Origin: an uncultured Myxococcales bacterium
GTDB taxonomy: Bacteria; Myxococcota; UBA4151
Length of the DNA: 12,316 nt
Direction: 5' to 3'
NCBI GenBank assembly: GCA_964013405.1
Contig: CAXGWI010000107.1
Span: 1-12,316 of the forward strand
Shown here: positions 6,061 to 12,316 of the stretch, one piece after another
Position numbering within the stretch: position 1 is the first letter of the stretch
How the letters are laid out: each line of letters opens with the position of its first letter
The notes under the pieces: model-generated
The model's database searches: none
The model's input: the letters and a program-made list of their open reading frames with translations, nothing else
Told to the model about the DNA's origin: nothing
Program-made: the position numbers and the translations under genes

Positions 6061-8642
6061 CCCGCCCTTGGATCGTGCTCAAGTTCGGCGGCACCAGCGT
6101 GTCCAGTCGGGCTCGTTGGCAGACCATCGCCGAAGAAGCCCGCTGTCAGGCGCGGGCCCATCGCCGCCCCCTGCTGGTCTGCTCGGCCTTGTCGGGCGTC
6201 TCCGATCAGTTGGAAGAGTTGATCCGCCTGGCCCCCGCAGGGGAAGCGGATCCCGTGATTGAAGCGATTCGGACCCGTCACCAACGCTTGGCGACTGAAC
6301 TGGAAATACCCTTCCCCACCGCGGTGGAAGAACAGCTCGAGGCCCTCAACAAGGTCAGTCAGGGCGCCCATCTGCTGGGTGAATTGCCTCCTCGGCACCG
6401 TGCCCAAGTGATGGCCAGCGGCGAGCTCATGGCCACAGCGCTGGGTGCCGCATTCCTTGCTCAGCAGGGCTTGGACGCTGGCTGGCTGGACGCCCGCAAT
6501 TGCTTGTGCACCGATGGCGAAGACGAGGACCCCTTTCGGGCCTTCCTCTCGGCATCGTGTGCCCCCGGTCCCGACGGAGATGTCCAGGCCATGCTGGAGG
6601 CTCGGGAAGAGTCCGTTCTCATCACCCAGGGCTTTATCGCCCGCACGCCAACAGGGGACACCGCCCTCTTGGGCCGGGGGGGCTCCGACACCTCAGCTGC
6701 CTACTTTGCCGCCAAATTAGAGGCCGAAGCCCTGGAGATCTGGACCGATGTTCCGGGCATGTACTCGGCGGACCCCCGCCAGGTCCCCAGTGCGCGCCTG
6801 TTGAAGGTCCTCGACTATGCGGAGGCTCTTGAGATCGCCACCACCGGTGCGAAGGTCCTGCATCCCCGCTGTCTTCACCCCGTGGCCCAAGCGGGCATCC
6901 CCCTGCGCATCAAAGCCACACCGCGCCCCGAACTCGCAGGAACCCAGATCAGCGGTGACCTGGATGACCGCAGCGCCCGGGTGAAAGCCATCTCCATGAA
7001 GCGAGGCGTCATGCTGATCGCCATGGAGACGATCGGCATGTGGCAGCAGGTGGGCTTCCTGGCCAAAGCCTTCCAGTGTTTCGCAGACGCCGGGCTGTCC
7101 GTAGACTTGGTGTCGACCAGTGAAACCAGCGTCACGGTGAGCTTGGATCCCACGGCCAATCCCATCAGTGAGGACCGCTTGGACGCCCTTTGCCAGGCCC
7201 TCTCGCCCCTGTGTCAGGCCGAGGTGATCGGCCCCTGCGCCATGGTGAGCCTGGTGGGCCGGAACATCCGCCGGATCCTCCATGAGCTGGGGGGTACCTT
7301 TCAGGTCTTTGAAGAGCAGCGGGTGCATCTGCTCAGCCAAGCGGCCAACGATCTTAATCTCAGTGTGGTGGTGGATCATGACCAAGCGGACCGACTGGTT
7401 CGCCAGCTCCACGCCCAACTCTTCGGGGACAGCAGTGAATCGGCTCTGTTGGGACCCACCTGGCAAGAGACCTTTGAGCCCGACGCGCAGGTCAGCGGCT
7501 TTTTCTCCAAGACGTCCTGGTGGGTCCAGAAGGCGGACACGCTGTTGGAGCTCGGTGCCGCCGAAAGTCCCCGTTACGTTTACGACGGCGACACCGTTCG
7601 GCAGCGAGGGCGACGCTTGATGGATCTCGGCGCGCTGGATCGAGTCTTCTTTGCCATCAAGGCGAATCCAGAGCCCGCACTCCTGCGGATTCTCGCCGAA
7701 GAGGGTCTTGGCTTCGAATGCGTTTCGCCGGGGGAGGTGGCCCATGTACGCGAGCACCTGCCCGACTTGCCCATGGACCGGATTCTCTGCACCCCCAACT
7801 TTGCCCCCCGTGAGGAATATGCCGAAGCTCTCGACCTGGGCATTCACCTGACCCTCGATAACCTCCACCCCCTCCAGGCCTGGCCCGAACTCTTTGATGG
7901 CCGCCCTGTGTTTTTACGCCTCGATCCGGGCCGGGGCCGGGGTCATCACGCCCATGTGAAGACGGCCGGCCGGCAAAGCAAGTTCGGCATTGCGCCGGAG
8001 CAAGTGGAGGAGGCGGCCCGCTTGGCCCAAGCAGCTGGGGCCCAGGTGGTAGGCTTGCACGCCCATGCGGGCAGCGGCATTCGCAGCCCGGACACTTGGC
8101 CCGCCACCGCTCGCTTCCTGGCCTCCCACCGGTCTCTCTTCCCCCATCTCCGCTTTCTCGATTTAGGTGGCGGCTTAGGCATTCCAGAGAAACCGGGCCA
8201 ACTGCCCCTCGATCTGCGCGCGCTAGACGACGCGCTGGCGGCGGTGCGTGGTGAGATGGAGGGCCTGGAACTTTGGTTGGAGCCCGGGCGTTTTGTGGTG
8301 GCCGAGGCCGGCGTGTTGCTGGCGAAAGTCACCCAACTCAAGGCCAAGGGCGAGGTCAACTATGTGGGCCTGGATGCAGGCATGAACAGCCTGATTCGGC
8401 CGGCCCTGTATGGCGCCTATCACAGCATCGTGAACCTCAGTCGCCTGGCCCAACGGGCCGATCATGTGGCCCATATCGTCGGTCCCATTTGTGAAACTGG
8501 CGACACGCTGGGCTACCAGCGCCGCGTGGCCAAGCCAGAAGAGGGGGATGTCTTCTTAATCGCCACGGCCGGGGCCTATGGGCACAGCATGGCCTCCCAC
8601 TATAATTTGCGGCCACCGGCCGCCCCTTACGTCCTCAATTAA
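6057..8642 (+). CDS. lysAC: Bifunctional aspartate kinase / diaminopimelate decarboxylase
   Basis: 861 aa. N-terminal aspartate kinase motifs LKFGGTSV, LGRGGSDTSA, IWTDVPG, GAKVLHP, followed by ACT-like regulatory segments. C-terminal fold-type III PLP decarboxylase motifs FAIKAN (PLP Lys), SKFGI, HAHAGSG, DLGGGLG, EPGRFVVA, GPICETGD, GAYG. Confidence 0.97.
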   Translation: MTRPWIVLKFGGTSVSSRARWQTIAEEARCQARAHRRPLLVCSALSGVSDQLEELIRLAPAGEADPVIEAIRTRHQRLATELEIPFPTAVEEQLEALNKVSQGAHLLGELPPRHRAQVMASGELMATALGAAFLAQQGLDAGWLDARNCLCTDGEDEDPFRAFLSASCAPGPDGDVQAMLEAREESVLITQGFIARTPTGDTALLGRGGSDTSAAYFAAKLEAEALEIWTDVPGMYSADPRQVPSARLLKVLDYAEALEIATTGAKVLHPRCLHPVAQAGIPLRIKATPRPELAGTQISGDLDDRSARVKAISMKRGVMLIAMETIGMWQQVGFLAKAFQCFADAGLSVDLVSTSETSVTVSLDPTANPISEDRLDALCQALSPLCQAEVIGPCAMVSLVGRNIRRILHELGGTFQVFEEQRVHLLSQAANDLNLSVVVDHDQADRLVRQLHAQLFGDSSESALLGPTWQETFEPDAQVSGFFSKTSWWVQKADTLLELGAAESPRYVYDGDTVRQRGRRLMDLGALDRVFFAIKANPEPALLRILAEEGLGFECVSPGEVAHVREHLPDLPMDRILCTPNFAPREEYAEALDLGIHLTLDNLHPLQAWPELFDGRPVFLRLDPGRGRGHHAHVKTAGRQSKFGIAPEQVEEAARLAQAAGAQVVGLHAHAGSGIRSPDTWPATARFLASHRSLFPHLRFLDLGGGLGIPEKPGQLPLDLRALDDALAAVRGEMEGLELWLEPGRFVVAEAGVLLAKVTQLKAKGEVNYVGLDAGMNSLIRPALYGAYHSIVNLSRLAQRADHVAHIVGPICETGDTLGYQRRVAKPEEGDVFLIATAGAYGHSMASHYNLRPPAAPYVLN

Positions 8643-8764
8643 GCGGATTTGCCTTTCGCTGACTGCCCTTGTCTGTGTCGGTTTCGCGCGAAAAACGCGC
8701 CGGGCCGTCTAGAATCTGTGCGCCGGTCAGGGTAAACACCATCGCCCTGTTGGGAGGGGGCCTT

Positions 8765-8962
8765 ATGCGCAAGTCTATCAGTCCCCAAAAGCCCGCCATC
8801 ACCGTTCATGTGGAAGACGTCGACTCCCTACGAGACGATCTGGACGAGCGAGTGCAGGTGGATGTGGAGCCTGAGACCAGCGAAAATGGCCTGCGGCGCA
8901 TGGTGGTCAGCCATCCCGACGGCACCACCTACGAAGTGAAGTCAGAAGACAGCGCTTCCTAG
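8765..8962 (+). CDS. Small VOC/glyoxalase-like protein (single beta-alpha-beta-beta-beta motif)
   Basis: ATG 8765 has GGAGG 7 nt upstream. The 65-aa product MRKSISPQKPAITVHVEDVDSLRDDLDERVQVDVEPETSENGLRRMVVSHPDGTTYEVKSEDSAS resembles the C-terminal half of VOC proteins (V-x-D-V-D...L...P....G-x-R...DPDG-x-x-x-E). Confidence 0.65.
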   Translation: MRKSISPQKPAITVHVEDVDSLRDDLDERVQVDVEPETSENGLRRMVVSHPDGTTYEVKSEDSAS

Positions 8963-10314
8963 GCGACCCAGACGGTCTTTGCGTTCACAAATTCACGGAT
9001 TCCTTCGGCGGAAAGCTCTCTCCCGTAGCCGCTCAAACTGCGCCCGCCAAAGGGCAGCCTCGGATCGCTTCTCGTCATGCCATTGATAAAGACATTGCCC
9101 ACCTGCAAGCGGGCGGCCGTGCATTGGGCTCGCTCCGTGTCGGCACTCCACAGGGACGCCCCCAGCCCATAAGCGCTGTCGTTGGCAGCGGCGATGGCGG
9201 CTTCTCGATCGGCCGCCACATGCAAGGTGGCGACGGGACCGAAGAGCTCTTCGTCCCAGGCCGGCATGCCCGGCCCCACCTGGGTGAGCAGGGTGACGGG
9301 GTAGAAACAGCCGGGTCCACCAGGCAAGGTTCCGCCCATCGCCACCTTGGCGCCGGCCTGAATGCTGGCTTGGACTTGGCGGTGCAGGGCGTCCCTGAGA
9401 TCGGGCCGAGCCATGGGGCCGACGGTGGTCTCGAGCGCGGTGGGATCGCCCACAACAGCTTGGCCGAGGGCCGTTTTCAAATGGGCTAAGAAGGGCTCAG
9501 CAACGGCAGCCTCCACGATGATTCGTTTCGCCGCAATGCAGCTTTGCCCGCCGTTCAAGAGGCGGCTCGCAGCGGCTTCTTGGGCGGCGGCTTCGAGGTC
9601 TGCGTCGGCCAAGACGATGAAGGGATCACTGCCGCCCAATTCGAGGACCGTCTTTTTGATGTGGGCTCCAGCCTGGGCTGCCACCACCCGCCCCGCACCG
9701 GTGCTGCCGGTGAGGGTGACAGCAGCGATGCGTGGATCGGCGATCAAGGACTCCACTTGGTCCACGGGCACCACGGCGTTGTGCAAGGGCAGCCCGGCTT
9801 CTTTTGCCAAGCGGGCGATGGCCTCAGCGCAGCCGGGCACATTGGGGGCATGCTTCATCACTACCCCATTGCCCGCCATCCAGGCCGGTGCGGCAAAGCG
9901 GAAGACCTGCCAGAAGGGAAAGTTCCAGGGCATGATGGCGAGGATGAGGCCCAGGGGCTCGTAGCGCACCCCCGACCATTGAACCCCAACCTCCCGGGTC
10001 TCGGTGGCGAGGAACTGAGCTGCGTGTTCGGCATAGTAGCGACAGACCCAAGCGCATTTGTTGGCTTCCCCTTGGCCTTCGGCGAGGGGCTTGCCCATCT
10101 CTTCGGCCATCAACTGGGCCAAGGCCGGTGCGCCGGCCTCTAACTGAGCCGCCAGTTGTAAGAGTCGCTCCGCACGGCTTGCCATGGGCTCCAGGGCCCA
10201 TTGGCTTTGCTGGGTGTTCAAGGCCGCTAGTCCTGCCTCCAGAGCCTCCGGCGCGAGGTAAGGGTGGCGTCTGATCTCCTGACCATTGCTGGGGTTAATG
10301 GCGACAAAGGCCAT
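8959..10314 (-). CDS. sad: NAD(P)-dependent succinate-semialdehyde dehydrogenase-like aldehyde dehydrogenase (Sad/GabD1 subfamily)
   Basis: 451 aa with IMPWNFPFWQVFRFAAP, MKHAPNVP, LTGSTGAG, LELGGSDPF (catalytic Glu), NGGQSCIAAKR (catalytic Cys), EELFGPV, SGYGRELS. AGGAG SD within the 9-nt gap after the upstream stop. Confidence 0.92.
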   Translation of the reverse strand: MAFVAINPSNGQEIRRHPYLAPEALEAGLAALNTQQSQWALEPMASRAERLLQLAAQLEAGAPALAQLMAEEMGKPLAEGQGEANKCAWVCRYYAEHAAQFLATETREVGVQWSGVRYEPLGLILAIMPWNFPFWQVFRFAAPAWMAGNGVVMKHAPNVPGCAEAIARLAKEAGLPLHNAVVPVDQVESLIADPRIAAVTLTGSTGAGRVVAAQAGAHIKKTVLELGGSDPFIVLADADLEAAAQEAAASRLLNGGQSCIAAKRIIVEAAVAEPFLAHLKTALGQAVVGDPTALETTVGPMARPDLRDALHRQVQASIQAGAKVAMGGTLPGGPGCFYPVTLLTQVGPGMPAWDEELFGPVATLHVAADREAAIAAANDSAYGLGASLWSADTERAQCTAARLQVGNVFINGMTRSDPRLPFGGRSLSGYGRELSAEGIREFVNAKTVWVA

Positions 10315-10323
10315 AGCGTCTCC

Positions 10324-12316
10324 TCACTCGGCGCTGATGCGCAGGGTGCAGTTGGATTGGGGGGGCAAATTGAAGGCCACGGTTCCGCCAGAGCCCGTCA
10401 CCACCAGGCTGCCCAGGCCGCCACAGCCCGACTGCCATTGGTAGGTGCCTGGGCGCAAACGCAGGAGCTGGGCCTGGACGGCTTTTTCGCTGGCGGAGAG
10501 GTTCACCACCGAGGCCTCAAAAACCTCCGTGCTGTTGCGGCGGACCAAGACGGCAAACTGGCTCGGGTCGGTGGCCCAGCGGACCGCCGCCAAGGGCAGT
10601 ACGTTGGGATCGCCGGGATCGCCGGTGAGCATGCCGTAGAGCAACTTGGTGTCCACCTTGGGTTGGGGGCCCCGGTAGAACTCTGCGTAGGCCCGGTGGA
10701 AGCGCAGGACCCGATCGGTAAAGCGCACTTCCCGAGTGTAGGCGGGACCGTCTTGGCTGAGGGCCGCCACCGTGCCCAACAAGCTGTTCGTGAAGCCGGT
10801 TTCATCGCCGCCAAAGGCGAGCAGTTGCAGCAGGGGGTTGCCTTGCTCCCGCAGGAGGTCATCGTAGCGATCATCGCCGGTGAGGATACGGCGTTTTGCC
10901 AGGGCTTTCAGTAAGGCGCCTTTGCCCCGGTTCACGGCCCAGCGAGCCTGCCCTTCCTCATCCCCCTCCAACTGGGCTTCGTTGCGCAAGGCCTCCGCCA
11001 GGCCGTCGAGGGCTTCATCAAAGACCGGATCCTCCGATTGCAGGCTGGCTTGCACAAGGGCGGTGAGCATGAGGGTGAGGGCCCGGGGATAGCGGAAGGT
11101 TTTGCCGCTGTAGTGGCAGCCCGGATCCCACCAGTCTTTGTCGGCCAGGTTGTAATTGCCGCTGGGAAAGCGAATGGCGGCGGGCAAAACACCAGCCGGT
11201 TTACCGCCGCCCTCTTCGGACACCGAGAGGGCCCAGGTCCGCAGCCAATCACTGAGTTTCCGACCCAGCAGCGAGTCGCCGCTTTGGAACCACGTCAGCA
11301 GGGCCGGTTGCAGGGCGCGGACATGATAGGAGGTATCGCAGGCTTGGCCTTCGGCGTTGGAGCTGCGCTCGTGGGTGAAATAGGTGGATTGGAACTGGCG
11401 GCGCCCCTTGTCATTCTCGGCCCACCAGTGGGCTTCGGCCAGATCCACTAAACGCAGGGCGCGGCGGCGCCAGGTGGCGCTCTCGGGGTCGAGGAGTAGG
11501 GCGGGGGTGATGGTGTCGCCGGTGTCTTCGCCGGAATGTTCCACATCGGTGAGGATGCTGCTGTAGCCGCCGGCCAATCGCTCCAGTTGAAAGACCCCCT
11601 CCCCCAATTTGAGGTGGGCGGCTTTCCAGGGCTCGTGGTCGAAGCCCAGGAGGAGAGGCACCCACCAGCGCCACATCTCCACATCATCGCCCCAACCGCC
11701 GCCGAACTGTCCATCGGGGGCTTGGCGGTGGCGGATCCAGAAGTCGATGATGACCGCCAATTGCCCCAGGGCTTGGCTTTGCCAGCGGGCCCAGTCGGGG
11801 GCTTCGCTCCAGCCGGCCGGCGGCAGGATCCAGTCCATGGGGCTGTCCAGATACATGCCGATGACTCGATTGCTGGGGTACGCGGCTTGGGCTTCCCGCA
11901 ACAGACTGCGCCCCTCCTCAAAAAAAGCCTCGGTGGCGACGCCGTTTTGGATGGCGCTCCAGATCAGCATGCGCCCCCGGTAGAGGGCCCACAGGGGGTG
12001 CAGGGGCGAGTCGGCCTCGGGCTCTGGCGGATAGGGCGTGCCCATGAGGGCCGGGAAGGTGGCGTCGATGAAGAAGCCACCGAGATAACCCATTTCCCCA
12101 GAGCGCTCTTGATCCCCCGGCTGCCACAAGGCCTCCCGACCGTGGGCCCAGTGGTTGGCTGTTTGCAGAAGATCGTAGAGCTCGAAGTTGAGGGGGTGGT
12201 CTTCGCCGAAGGCGGCGTTGGCCTCTTGGAGGAGCTGGTAGCGCAGGGCGTCGTCTTCGGCCTCGCCCGCCTGCTGCAGTAGGGCCATGGGATCCACGCT
12301 GGGCTCAGGATCCGGC
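10324..12316 (-). CDS. Large hypothetical protein, 5'-truncated; predicted helical core plus C-terminal beta domain
   Basis: The frame stays open to the window edge (…PDPEPS-VDPMALL…), so the true start is probably outside the window (>=663 aa). Trp/acid-rich motif-like stretches WIRHRQAPDGQFGGGWGDDVEMWRWW, LTDVEHSGEDTGD, YTREVRFTDRV. Ends 9 nt before the ALDH start. Confidence 0.85.
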   Translation of the reverse strand, partial: PDPEPSVDPMALLQQAGEAEDDALRYQLLQEANAAFGEDHPLNFELYDLLQTANHWAHGREALWQPGDQERSGEMGYLGGFFIDATFPALMGTPYPPEPEADSPLHPLWALYRGRMLIWSAIQNGVATEAFFEEGRSLLREAQAAYPSNRVIGMYLDSPMDWILPPAGWSEAPDWARWQSQALGQLAVIIDFWIRHRQAPDGQFGGGWGDDVEMWRWWVPLLLGFDHEPWKAAHLKLGEGVFQLERLAGGYSSILTDVEHSGEDTGDTITPALLLDPESATWRRRALRLVDLAEAHWWAENDKGRRQFQSTYFTHERSSNAEGQACDTSYHVRALQPALLTWFQSGDSLLGRKLSDWLRTWALSVSEEGGGKPAGVLPAAIRFPSGNYNLADKDWWDPGCHYSGKTFRYPRALTLMLTALVQASLQSEDPVFDEALDGLAEALRNEAQLEGDEEGQARWAVNRGKGALLKALAKRRILTGDDRYDDLLREQGNPLLQLLAFGGDETGFTNSLLGTVAALSQDGPAYTREVRFTDRVLRFHRAYAEFYRGPQPKVDTKLLYGMLTGDPGDPNVLPLAAVRWATDPSQFAVLVRRNSTEVFEASVVNLSASEKAVQAQLLRLRPGTYQWQSGCGGLGSLVVTGSGGTVAFNLPPQSNCTLRISAE

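Noticed and set aside
6717..7868. 383-aa minus-strand ORF inside lysAC
   Set aside because: Antisense shadow of a highly conserved gene, with no recognisable motifs.
8669..8764. TTG-start extension of the small ORF, and a GGT-AAAC-ACC hairpin considered as a riboswitch
   Set aside because: ATG 8765 has the SD. The hairpin lacks the second stem and conserved elements of c-di-GMP or lysine riboswitches.
9075..12282. Multiple 120-250 aa overlapping ORFs (e.g. 9362-9964, 9544-10143, 10264-10914, 11536-12282)
   Set aside because: Antisense or alternate-frame shadows of the ALDH and the large hypothetical gene.

Overview
GC-rich bacterial window, densely coding, with about 10 genes and no RNA genes, CRISPR arrays or mobile elements that I can support. 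The left arm (minus strand, 5022 to <1) is a tightly packed run: a 10-TM His-rich membrane protein of unknown function, a 7-repeat FG-GAP beta-propeller lipoprotein, a secreted beta-strand-rich orphan, an IorA-type 2x[2Fe-2S] subunit, and an IorB-type molybdopterin subunit with a Tat signal. The IorB-type gene is truncated by the window edge and missing from the ORF track. Divergently (plus strand) lie an HSL-family alpha/beta-hydrolase coupled by an ATGA overlap to a bifunctional aspartate kinase/diaminopimelate decarboxylase (lysAC), then a 65-aa single-motif VOC-like protein. Convergently (minus strand) are a Sad/GabD1-type aldehyde dehydrogenase and a large uncharacterised protein open to the right edge. 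The best candidate for an undescribed system is the left arm, a possible extracytoplasmic molybdoenzyme module with a non-canonical membrane partner. This is inference from gene spacing and motifs only.
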